Of a stretch of DNA of 25,171 bases, positions 7,977 to 15,870 are shown piece by piece (the first letter of the stretch is position 1; the number at the start of each line of letters is the position of its first letter). The notes beneath the pieces were generated by a model that did not search any database, was not told the DNA's origin, and was given only the letters and a program-made list of their open reading frames with translations. The stretch comes from a bacterium (GTDB lineage Bacteria > Patescibacteriota > Minisyncoccia > UBA6257 > UBA9933), in assembly GCA_021799155.1 (NCBI GenBank), contig JAJZBA010000001.1:1-25171 (forward strand). Direction: 5' to 3'. A program made the translations under genes and the position numbers.

Positions 7977-8057
7977 TTCGAAATAAGTTTTCCTAAAAAC
8001 TATAAAACTATAGGTGATTTTTGACTATGAAAAATTGAAAATAGATATCCTATCCTT

Positions 8058-8089
8058 ATAGAGTGTTATGCTATAGCATAACACTCTAT
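8058..8089. promoter_or_regulatory. Perfect 32-bp palindrome with core TGTTATGCTATAGCATAACA (copy 1 of 5)
   Basis: ATAGAGTGTTATGCTATAGCATAACACTCTAT is its own reverse complement. Confidence 0.8.
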
Positions 8090-8201
8090 TTTTTCTATTT
8101 TATATTTATAAATTAATAAATTAATCAAAATATCGCGACCGCGGAAATTTTAATTCAACCGCAACTCGATCGTAATAGAGAAGCATTCTAAGTAAAAATA
8201 A

Positions 8202-8316
8202 TATAGCACTTTGCCCACGATCGTGAGCAAAGTGCTATAAAATATTTTGCGACAGATTAGGGATTGACAAATTAAATCAAATATGCTTATATTTTACTGT
8301 CTCAATTTTTGAGACA
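8202..8316. promoter_or_regulatory. Palindromes and putative promoter upstream of the orphan ORF at 8362
   Basis: 38-bp near-perfect palindrome 8202-8239, TTGACA at 8264-8269 with a weak -10 near 8288, and the 8-3-8 palindrome TGTCTCAA-TTT-TTGAGACA at 8298-8316. Confidence 0.5.
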
Positions 8317-8361
8317 TATTTGTTCTTTAAAAAAATAAAATAAAAAAAGGAGGTAATTGTA

Positions 8362-8823
8362 ATGCAAGAATCAATAAGAAGGTTAACAATTAACGATGAG
8401 GACATTGGCAATATGCTGCTTTACTTAGCTTACTTAGATTCTCCTAGTATTGAATGTCTTGGAGAACCGAGCAGTAAAAAATATTATATTGATCATTCTA
8501 GTCTTCCAGACAGCATAATTGGAGCGTTATTCTTTATCATTGATGAAGATGATGAATATATAAGAATAGAGCTCAGATTTCGAAAAGAACATAAGAAAAT
8601 AGACATTAATGTCTGGATTGCACCCTCTAAGATAGGCAAAGAGACAGTTGCATGGAAAGGAGAAGAGATAAATGGAAAACTTTTTCGTATAAATAAAAAA
8701 GTTGACGAGGATGATTCAATGATTAGATTCCCCTTAGGGAAAAGAATTAAAAAAGCAAATCTGTGGGATTTATTTGATGAAAAAAATACAAAAATAACGG
8801 CGTTAGAACACATTCTTGGGTAA
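8362..8823 (+). CDS. Hypothetical protein (153 aa), SD-led orphan
   Basis: AAGGAGGT 8347-8354, 7 nt before ATG; own terminator; no family recognised. Confidence 0.8.
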   Translation: MQESIRRLTINDEDIGNMLLYLAYLDSPSIECLGEPSSKKYYIDHSSLPDSIIGALFFIIDEDDEYIRIELRFRKEHKKIDINVWIAPSKIGKETVAWKGEEINGKLFRINKKVDEDDSMIRFPLGKRIKKANLWDLFDEKNTKITALEHILG

Positions 8824-8827
8824 ATTT

Positions 8828-8866
8828 AGCCCGGTTCAAGGTAAAACCTTGCCGAGCTGTTTTTTT
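8828..8866 (+). terminator. Intrinsic terminator after ORF 8362
   Basis: Imperfect stem AGCCCGGTTCAAGG / CCTTGCCGAGCT followed by a T tract. Confidence 0.6.
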
Positions 8867-8915
8867 GAATTTTGATTTGTAATTTTGATTTTTGAGATTT
8901 GATTTTTGATTTTTT
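8861..8915 (+). repeat. T-rich heptamer array (ATTTTGA-like), inverted relative to 7780-7830
   Basis: 8870-8887 TTTTGATTTGTAATTTTG is the exact reverse complement of 7803-7820. Confidence 0.78.
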
Positions 8916-9690
8916 AAAGATACCCGGCCTGTTTCAGCCAATATTCGTTCTCCCATTCCCAAAGTTTTTTTGCGCCCAAAAACGCCTTATAATCTTCCTG
9001 CCAATAAGGAAATTCTTTAAGTTCGATGTCGCCTCGGAGTTCGGACCATTCGTGTTCGCAATTTTTTGCTCTGAAATCGTAGTTTTTACCATTCCAAGGC
9101 AGCTTTATTTTTTGTCTTCCGCCTTTTTCCCGCAAAGTGGCGCCGCATTTAAAACATTTTTTAATCTGGTCAATTCTTAAAATCCAGCGAGTTTGTAAAT
9201 TTTTAAAATCGCTTTGCAAAGCCGCCATATAAGCCGAAGTTTGAAGATTGTAATCGCGATAAATCGCCTGAGAAGTTTTTATATCCAAAACGCCGAATTT
9301 GCCGTCAATTAAAGCCAAAGCATCTAAAGTGCCGGCATAGCGATCATTAAAATTGACAATTCGTTTTTCCACATGCTCGGAATCAACTTGAATGTTTTTC
9401 TCTTCCAAAAACTGAAAAAAAGCTTCTACCGCCGGCAAAATCGACGGTTCGATATGCGGTCTTTCACCGATAAGAATTTTTTCAATCGTTTCGTGAATCA
9501 AAGTGCCTTCGCTGGCTGATTGTTTTTTAACGGCTTCGCCCTCCGCAAAGCCGTTCATTTCGGCGTAAAAACGATAAAGTGCCGGCTTAGCTTTGATTTC
9601 CACGATTTTAGTAACGCGCGGATACCAAAAACCGTCAATCTCGTAGCCGGCAACTCCTTTAAAGTGTTCAAGATTTGAATAATTATTCAT
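8914..9690 (-). CDS. PD-(D/E)XK nuclease superfamily protein (Cas4/RecB-like)
   Basis: EGTLIHE, YAGTLD, VLDIKTS, YNLQTSAY; a CFKC...CEH insertion suggests a metal-binding loop. Confidence 0.85.
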   Translation of the reverse strand: MNNYSNLEHFKGVAGYEIDGFWYPRVTKIVEIKAKPALYRFYAEMNGFAEGEAVKKQSASEGTLIHETIEKILIGERPHIEPSILPAVEAFFQFLEEKNIQVDSEHVEKRIVNFNDRYAGTLDALALIDGKFGVLDIKTSQAIYRDYNLQTSAYMAALQSDFKNLQTRWILRIDQIKKCFKCGATLREKGGRQKIKLPWNGKNYDFRAKNCEHEWSELRGDIELKEFPYWQEDYKAFLGAKKLWEWENEYWLKQAGYL

Positions 9691-9773
9691 TTTCGCGAAA
9701 TTTTCCGTTAGATGATAACAAAAAATTTGTCTGTTTGTAAACTACTACACCATAACGATTATATATTTTATTT

Positions 9774-11249
9774 TTACGCCGAAGGCGTCAATAATCGTTT
9801 AGTGTGGTGGTAAATATCGCCTGCGCCCATCATTATTACAATAGGATTTAGGGCATAGGGTTTAGGGCATAGTAAAATATTTTCAATTTCTTTTTTGAGA
9901 CTTTTAGGATTTTTAAGATATAAAACAGCGGGAGAATGTTTTCTTTTTTTAATCGCTTCCGCCAATTTTTCCGATGAAATAATTTTTCCGCGTTTGTCAG
10001 CGTTTGTTCCGCGCTGTTCCGCGTCTTGGTCGCGGCCCTTAACCTTAAAAACATCCAACAAAATTAAATTATCGGCGTCGTTAAAAGCCGATACAAATTC
10101 TTTGAATAACGCTTTGAGCCGTTTTTCCTGATGCGGCTGGAAAACACAAATAATTTTTGATTTTGGATATTTTTGGCGAAAACCGGAAAGGGTGGCTTTG
10201 ATTTCCGTCGGATGATGAGCATAATCGTCATAAATAGCAGGTTTTAAGTTTTGGGTTTTAGGTTTTAGATTTAAATAACCGCGAAATTCCATTCTGCGCC
10301 AAGCGCCATGGTAAGAACCGAACGCGCTGAAAATATCCTTATCTTTTATTTTTAGCGCTTTTGCCAAATGATAAACGCCTAAAGCGTTTGAAATATTATG
10401 TTCGCCGGGAATTTTTAAAACGCGATGTAAATCTATAAATACATGCGAATGACGCGAATTTTCTATGCCGTACCAAATAACTTTTAGATTATTTTTCTTG
10501 GCGATTTTTTCTATTTTATTTTTTAAACTGAATAAATTTTTATCATTTTTGTTGACAATTAAAAAACCGCCGGGTTTAATATTTTTTACGAATTTCAAAA
10601 AAACGTTTTTAATTTCCGCTAAATTTTTGTAATAATCGAGATGTTCGCGATCGATGTTGGTAATAATCGCGGCAAAAGGGGAGTAATTTAAAAAAGATTT
10701 GTGATACTCATCCGCTTCCATAACAAGCCAATTACTTTTGCCGTTTCTAAAATTAGCACCCGAAAAGCGCTCGCTCGCGCCTTGCGTTTGCGAAACACGA
10801 AAACGCCCATCCGAATTAAATTCTTTTAATTTCGTGCCGATAATTACCGTCGGGTCAAATCCGGACTTAATTAAAACTAAAGACAATAAAGCAGTAGTCG
10901 TGCTCTTGCCGTGAGCGCCGGCCACCGCAATAGTTTTATATTGTTTAGTTAAATCACCAAGCGCTTCGGCGTAAGATTTAACCGAAATACCCAATTCTTT
11001 AGCTCTTTTAATTTCCGGATTAGATAAGGGAACAGCAGCGCTGAAAATTGCCAAATTTGCCATTTTTGACAAATTTTCCGACCGATGACCTACGAATATT
11101 TTTACACCTTGGCTTTTTAAATCTGAAATAATTTCTGAAATAGCGACGTCCGAACCGGAAACTTCATATCCTTGCGCTAAAAACCAACGAGCTAAGGCGC
11201 TGGTTCCAATTCCGCCGATGCCAATGAAATGAATTTTTTGTTTATTCAT
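9774..11249 (-). CDS. murC: UDP-N-acetylmuramate--L-alanine ligase
   Basis: IHFIGIGGIGTSAL, AGAHGKSTTT, MEADEY, DDYAHHPTEI, VFQPH, MGAGDI. Confidence 0.95.
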   Translation of the reverse strand: MNKQKIHFIGIGGIGTSALARWFLAQGYEVSGSDVAISEIISDLKSQGVKIFVGHRSENLSKMANLAIFSAAVPLSNPEIKRAKELGISVKSYAEALGDLTKQYKTIAVAGAHGKSTTTALLSLVLIKSGFDPTVIIGTKLKEFNSDGRFRVSQTQGASERFSGANFRNGKSNWLVMEADEYHKSFLNYSPFAAIITNIDREHLDYYKNLAEIKNVFLKFVKNIKPGGFLIVNKNDKNLFSLKNKIEKIAKKNNLKVIWYGIENSRHSHVFIDLHRVLKIPGEHNISNALGVYHLAKALKIKDKDIFSAFGSYHGAWRRMEFRGYLNLKPKTQNLKPAIYDDYAHHPTEIKATLSGFRQKYPKSKIICVFQPHQEKRLKALFKEFVSAFNDADNLILLDVFKVKGRDQDAEQRGTNADKRGKIISSEKLAEAIKKRKHSPAVLYLKNPKSLKKEIENILLCPKPYALNPIVIMMGAGDIYHHTKRLLTPSA

Positions 11250-11290
11250 TATTTAATTCGAGTCTATTTTATGACTAATAAATCTTATTC

Positions 11291-11314
11291 GTCGCAAAAG
11301 ATATATTTTGCGAC
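11291..11314. promoter_or_regulatory. 9-6-9 palindrome upstream of murC
   Basis: GTCGCAAAA-GATATA-TTTTGCGAC; a matching half-site TATTTTGCGAC also occurs near 8243-8253. Function unknown. Confidence 0.35.
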
Positions 11315-11335
11315 ACTGTATTAACGCGCTTCTCT

Positions 11336-11503
11336 TTATAAATAAGATACCAGCCACCTAATAATATCGATGAAAAATTCCAATATCTTAATAATTAAAT
11401 CTCCTACTACCTTAAGAAAGGAGGCCAAGCCGGAAATAATATATCTGTCAAACCAAGTCGAAACATAATTTAATAAATCAACAATTTTTGAAATAATTTC
11501 CAT
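11336..11503 (-). CDS. Small amphipathic/membrane protein (55 aa), missed by the ORF track
   Basis: Manual translation: MEIISKIVDLLNYVSTWFDRYIISGLASFLKVVGDLIIKILEFFIDIIRWLVSYL*. Starts 1 nt after the M23 gene stop, same strand. Confidence 0.68.
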   Translation of the reverse strand: MEIISKIVDLLNYVSTWFDRYIISGLASFLKVVGDLIIKILEFFIDIIRWLVSYL

Positions 11504-11504
11504 T

Positions 11505-12755
11505 TTACAAATAATCAGAGGGGTTTAAATCGCCGCCGAACGGCATCGGTCCGCAAACTCTAGAAGGACCCATTTTAAACGTCTGGCCGGCATAGACCGT
11601 AAAATGAAGATGAGGTCCGGTAGAATAACCGGTTTTACCGACATAGCCAATTAATTCCCCTCTTTCTAATTTATCTCCGACCTTTACCGTCTGTAAAGAC
11701 AAATGGGCGTACAAAGTCGTTAAATTATTTTCATGTTCAACAACAATAAATTTACCATAAGCGCCTTTATAACAATAGTTATCCTGATTACCAACGGCTA
11801 TCACCTTCCCTTTTTCCGCCGAGAAAACCGGTGTTCCAATAGGAGCGGCAAAATCCAAACCGTTATGCCATTTGCCTCGATAACCGCCATAACGGGCGAA
11901 TTTAGTGGCGCCGTAATCCTGGGACAATATTCCGGAAACGGGCATCGCCAAAATGCCGGGCCGCTTTGCCGGCAAAGCCGAAGGGTCTATTTTAAGACGC
12001 AATTCTTCGTCCAATTTTTCAATTTCGGCGGCAATTTCCGCCTGTTTCTTTTCCAAATCATCGACGATTTTTTGATAAATTTTTTCCTGATTTTTTGTTT
12101 GTTTTAAAAAATTTTGTTTATCGTCTTTAAGATTATTAAGAATTATTTTTTTGTTTTTCAGATTTTCTTTTTCAATTTCAACCGCCTGTTTTTTACTGCT
12201 TGTTTCTTTTAATTTGTCGCCTAACTCGATTTTAGCATCCATCAAATCTTTAATCTCGGAAGAAAGACCGGCACTAAGGTCGGTCAAATTCTGAGCTTCA
12301 AAAACGCTTTCCGCCAAACTTTTGTTTTTTAAAAGAATAACCAATAAAGATTCGCCGTCTTTTTTTTGGAATTCTTGAAGAGTTTTTGCGATTGCCTCTT
12401 TTTTGGAAATTATCGATTTTTCGGCATCGTTAATGTCATATTTTAAATAATTAATTTCTAAACTAAGTTTTTCTATCGCCACTTCGCTTGAACGCACCCC
12501 TAAATTCACTTGTTTGATGTTGGAATCGATTTTATTGATTTCTTGTTTTAGAGTTTGGCCTTTGTCCTGGATTTCTTCGAGATTTTTCTGATTTTCTTTT
12601 ATTTTTTCATTAATTTCCAAAAGTTCTTTAGATTTTTGATTAATTGATTCTTTCAATTCCTGAGGGGCGGCAGCGAATAACGGAATAGAAAATAAAAAAT
12701 AGAAAATAGAAAATAGAAATAAATAAAAAAATTTTCTTTTGAAAAATTTATTCAT
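11505..12755 (-). CDS. M23 metallopeptidase with signal peptide and long coiled coil
   Basis: HNGLDF (HxxxD) and GPHLHF (HxH) zinc ligands intact; coiled-coil middle; hydrophobic N-terminus. Confidence 0.92.
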   Translation of the reverse strand: MNKFFKRKFFYLFLFSIFYFLFSIPLFAAAPQELKESINQKSKELLEINEKIKENQKNLEEIQDKGQTLKQEINKIDSNIKQVNLGVRSSEVAIEKLSLEINYLKYDINDAEKSIISKKEAIAKTLQEFQKKDGESLLVILLKNKSLAESVFEAQNLTDLSAGLSSEIKDLMDAKIELGDKLKETSSKKQAVEIEKENLKNKKIILNNLKDDKQNFLKQTKNQEKIYQKIVDDLEKKQAEIAAEIEKLDEELRLKIDPSALPAKRPGILAMPVSGILSQDYGATKFARYGGYRGKWHNGLDFAAPIGTPVFSAEKGKVIAVGNQDNYCYKGAYGKFIVVEHENNLTTLYAHLSLQTVKVGDKLERGELIGYVGKTGYSTGPHLHFTVYAGQTFKMGPSRVCGPMPFGGDLNPSDYL

Positions 12756-12776
12756 AGAATTATTTCTTTTTACAAA

Positions 12777-14240
12777 TTATTCAAGTTTTTCGATGGCAAT
12801 CTTCAATCGTCTTAGGGTTTCTTCTTTGCCTAAAACTTCCATAATTTCAAACGGCCCGGGAGAAATTTCCTTTCCTGAAAGACCGGCCCGCAACGGCCAA
12901 AGTAATTCTCCCCTACCCCAGACTTCGGTTAAAGGTATAATCGCTTTTTCCAGATTAGCGGCGTTAAAATCGGCTTTAAAAATTTTACTAATTTCTTCCA
13001 ATAAAAGTTTTAAATTATTAAGCGTTTTTTCTTTGTTTATTTTCTCTATTTCTTTTGGTCGCGGCCAAATCAAAAGTTCGGCTTTATAATCAGGCAGCTC
13101 AAAAAAGAAATCCGCCAATTCTTTAAAGTCGGTCAATTTTTTCATCCTTTCCTTTTCAACCGCAACCGCCCTAATAAATAATTCTTTATTGTTTAACCAT
13201 TCGGAAGGAACGAATTCCGTCAATTTTCCCGCCAAATCAACCGGTTTGATTTTTTTAATGTACTGGCCGTTCAGCCATTCTAATTTGTTAATATCGAAAA
13301 TCGCTCCGGCTTTCTGAATTCTTTTTAAATCAAATTCCTTGATCAATTCTTCGGCCGAGAAAATTTCCTGTTCGTCTTTCGGATGCCAGCCGAGCAAAGC
13401 CAAAAAATTAAACATTGCTTCCGGCAAATAACCCTGTTTTCGATAATCATTAAGCGACGTTTCAAGATACCGTTTTGACAATTTGGTTCTGTTCGGCGCC
13501 AAAATCAAAGGAAGATGGGCGTATTTTACTTCGTCAAATCCCAATGCTCTCTGAATTAAAACTTGTTTTGGCGTATTGGAAATGTGATCTTCTCCTCTGA
13601 TAACATGAGTGATTTTCATTTCAAAATCGTCAACCGCGCCGGAGAAAATAAAAAGCGGCGAACGCAAATTTCTGGCAATAACAATATCGCCGATGAGCGT
13701 CGCGTCGAATTTAAGTTTGCCTCGAATCAAATCTATGAATTCCACTTCTATTCCAGGGGTTTTGAAACGAATTACCGCTTTTTCGCCGTTAGCTATTCGC
13801 TTTTCACTTTCTTCTTTAGATAAATTTCGGCAACGGCCGCTGTATTTGGGCGCCAGACCCTGGGCCAACATCGCCTGACGGTCTAATTCCAATTGTTCTT
13901 TAGAACAAAAACAATAGTAAGATTTGTTTTCGTCGATTAATTTTTGAAGATATTTTTCGTAAATTTCCAGCCGCTCGCTTTGACGATAGGGTCCGTAATT
14001 ACCGCCGACATCGGGACCTTCGTCCCAATCCAAACCGAACCATTTTAAGCCGTTGATAATATCTTTTTCGTATTCTGGAGACGATCTTTCAATGTCCGTA
14101 TCTTCAATACGTAAAACAAAATCGCCGCCTTGCGCTCTGGCAAACAGCCAATTAAAAAGAGCGGTCCGGGCGGTACCGAAATGAAGCGGGCCGGTCGGCG
14201 AGGGAGCCATTCGCACCCTGATTTTACGAAAACCATCCAT
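12777..14240 (-). CDS. gltX: Glutamate--tRNA ligase
   Basis: APSPTGPLHFG (HIGH-like), LRIEDTD, HVIRGEDH, KLSKR (KMSKS-like). Confidence 0.96.
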   Translation of the reverse strand: MDGFRKIRVRMAPSPTGPLHFGTARTALFNWLFARAQGGDFVLRIEDTDIERSSPEYEKDIINGLKWFGLDWDEGPDVGGNYGPYRQSERLEIYEKYLQKLIDENKSYYCFCSKEQLELDRQAMLAQGLAPKYSGRCRNLSKEESEKRIANGEKAVIRFKTPGIEVEFIDLIRGKLKFDATLIGDIVIARNLRSPLFIFSGAVDDFEMKITHVIRGEDHISNTPKQVLIQRALGFDEVKYAHLPLILAPNRTKLSKRYLETSLNDYRKQGYLPEAMFNFLALLGWHPKDEQEIFSAEELIKEFDLKRIQKAGAIFDINKLEWLNGQYIKKIKPVDLAGKLTEFVPSEWLNNKELFIRAVAVEKERMKKLTDFKELADFFFELPDYKAELLIWPRPKEIEKINKEKTLNNLKLLLEEISKIFKADFNAANLEKAIIPLTEVWGRGELLWPLRAGLSGKEISPGPFEIMEVLGKEETLRRLKIAIEKLE

Positions 14241-14266
14241 TACGCCATAATTTTACCACAAAATTC

Positions 14267-15202
14267 TTAAGGACTCCAGTTTATTATCACATCATCAACC
14301 CGTGGACTTTCAGTTTGCGCGGCATTGGAAACCAAAAAAATTTTATAGCGAAAATAGCGGTGGTTATTATGATAAGCTAAATTAATCTGTGCCGGAACGC
14401 CCGGACCGGTAGGCGTGTAATAAGTAGTATTTGAACCGTCGGGCCCTTTATAATTCCAACTGGCCGGCGTTGAAGTGGTATCGGAAGCAATCTGAAATTT
14501 AACCATAGTGCCGGTCGGCTGACTCCCCTGCCACATAATGGTATTAATGGCCGCTCCGGTTGAAACGCCGGTGTCAAAAATTGAAGAGGTTAATTCAGCG
14601 GTTTTTGGATTTGAACGCCAAGCGGTTTTAACTTTGTAATCGGAAGTAGCGCAAATACTAGTATCAGAGCAATTAAAACTAATCCAGCCGACAATATCAT
14701 TCCAAGCCCAACCGGAAAAGTCGCCTGTGGAATTATTAATCGTTACTTGATAAGGATAACTCGAACCGGCAGTACCGCTATCAAAACTAATCCAGCCGAT
14801 GGCATCATTGTAAGCCCAGCCGGTTAAATTGCCGTTGCCGTCATTAGAAACTTTAAAATTAGAAGTGGCGCAGATATCGCCGTTCGGCGAAGTGGCGCAA
14901 TCAAGAGCGATGTAGCCGACCGAAGAAGTAGCGTAACCGGTTAATTGAGTGGAAGTCACATTGACGTTTCCAGTTTGATAAAAATCAATCCAGCCGATGT
15001 TATCGTTCCAGGCGTACCTATATGTAGCATCTATATTTGTTGCCGCACTTACCATCTTTGGAATTAAAGCACTAAGCACCAAGCACCAAATTCCAAATAA
15101 TATCCAACGACCAAAATTCAAATGACCAAAACGTGTTTGGAATTTCGAAAATTGGAATTTGGAATTTATTTGGGATTTGGGATTTGGAATTTGGAATTTC
15201 AT
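14267..15202 (-). CDS. Secreted protein with repeated G(W/Y)AWNDxxGWIxF motifs, last gene of the pilus cluster
   Basis: YAWNDNIGWIDF, GWAYNDAIGWISF, GWAWNDIVGWISF; Ser/Thr/Asn-rich; signal-like N-terminus ending VSA-A. Confidence 0.8.
   Translation of the reverse strand: MKFQIPNPKSQINSKFQFSKFQTRFGHLNFGRWILFGIWCLVLSALIPKMVSAATNIDATYRYAWNDNIGWIDFYQTGNVNVTSTQLTGYATSSVGYIALDCATSPNGDICATSNFKVSNDGNGNLTGWAYNDAIGWISFDSGTAGSSYPYQVTINNSTGDFSGWAWNDIVGWISFNCSDTSICATSDYKVKTAWRSNPKTAELTSSIFDTGVSTGAAINTIMWQGSQPTGTMVKFQIASDTTSTPASWNYKGPDGSNTTYYTPTGPGVPAQINLAYHNNHRYFRYKIFLVSNAAQTESPRVDDVIINWSP
15070..15200. repeat. Heptamer hairpin of the same family as 5981-6093, inside the 5' end of a CDS
   Basis: Shares AAGCACCAAATT, AAAACGTG and GGGATTTGGAATTT words with the rplI/rpmA elements. 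Confidence 0.8.
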
Positions 15203-15204
15203 AC

Positions 15205-15870
15205 TTAATAGCCTTGAATTTTTATTGAACCGCTGGTGCCGGAATAATTAACATCGGTTGAAGTGGCGAATTTGTTGTTTTCACTGGTAATCGGGCCTTC
15301 TTGCCCAGCGCCGCCGGACCAGTCACTTTGGACAAAAACCTTGTTCCGGCTTCTGGTAAAATATTGGACTTTAGTGATTGAACGACCGCCTTCCCAATTT
15401 ACGGTTACGGTAATTTTTTGGGTGGAAGGATCGTCAGCAACACCCAACGAACCCGGTCCGCTGGAACACGTTGTGATCGCATCTGTTGTAATATCACCCG
15501 CTCCGCAAGAATTGCGGCTGACGTTTTCAATAGAAAAATAACGGGTATAACTTTTCCCCTCAACAATAGTCGAAGTACTGCCGGAAGAAATAACAAAAGT
15601 TGTGCTTGAAGCCGTTAAATAAAACTGCGAACCGGAACCTTTTGAAGCCGGCGGGTTATAAATATTATACCAATTAGATTCCGCCATTGATTGAAGATTA
15701 TCCAGATATTCTTGCGCCAATGAACCGGCGATTTGGATCGTTCGAGTTTCAAAATTACTTCTGATAACGGGAACAATAACGGCCGCGGCGCCGCCAATTA
15801 AAATCGCACCAACCGAAATGGCTATTAAAACCTCAACAAGAGATTGACCTTTAATATGTGATTTCTCCAT
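15205..15870 (-). CDS. Minor pilin / pseudopilin (PilV-like)
   Basis: Class III signal KGQSLVEVLIAI followed by a hydrophobic helix. Confidence 0.88.
   Translation of the reverse strand: MEKSHIKGQSLVEVLIAISVGAILIGGAAAVIVPVIRSNFETRTIQIAGSLAQEYLDNLQSMAESNWYNIYNPPASKGSGSQFYLTASSTTFVISSGSTSTIVEGKSYTRYFSIENVSRNSCGAGDITTDAITTCSSGPGSLGVADDPSTQKITVTVNWEGGRSITKVQYFTRSRNKVFVQSDWSGGAGQEGPITSENNKFATSTDVNYSGTSGSIKIQGY

Noticed and set aside
8202-8239. TAGCACT...AGTGCTA as a CIRCE (HrcA) element
   Set aside because: CIRCE needs TTAGCACTC-N9-GAGTGCTAA; the spacer here is far longer and no chaperone gene follows.
8914-9690. Nuclease as part of a CRISPR-Cas adaptation module
   Set aside because: No cas1/cas2, no array, and the four-Cys Fe-S arrangement of true Cas4 is not evident.
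11412-11425. AAGAAAGGAGG on the plus strand as another SD-led gene
   Set aside because: No start codon at suitable spacing; it is the antisense of codons in the 55-aa minus-strand ORF.
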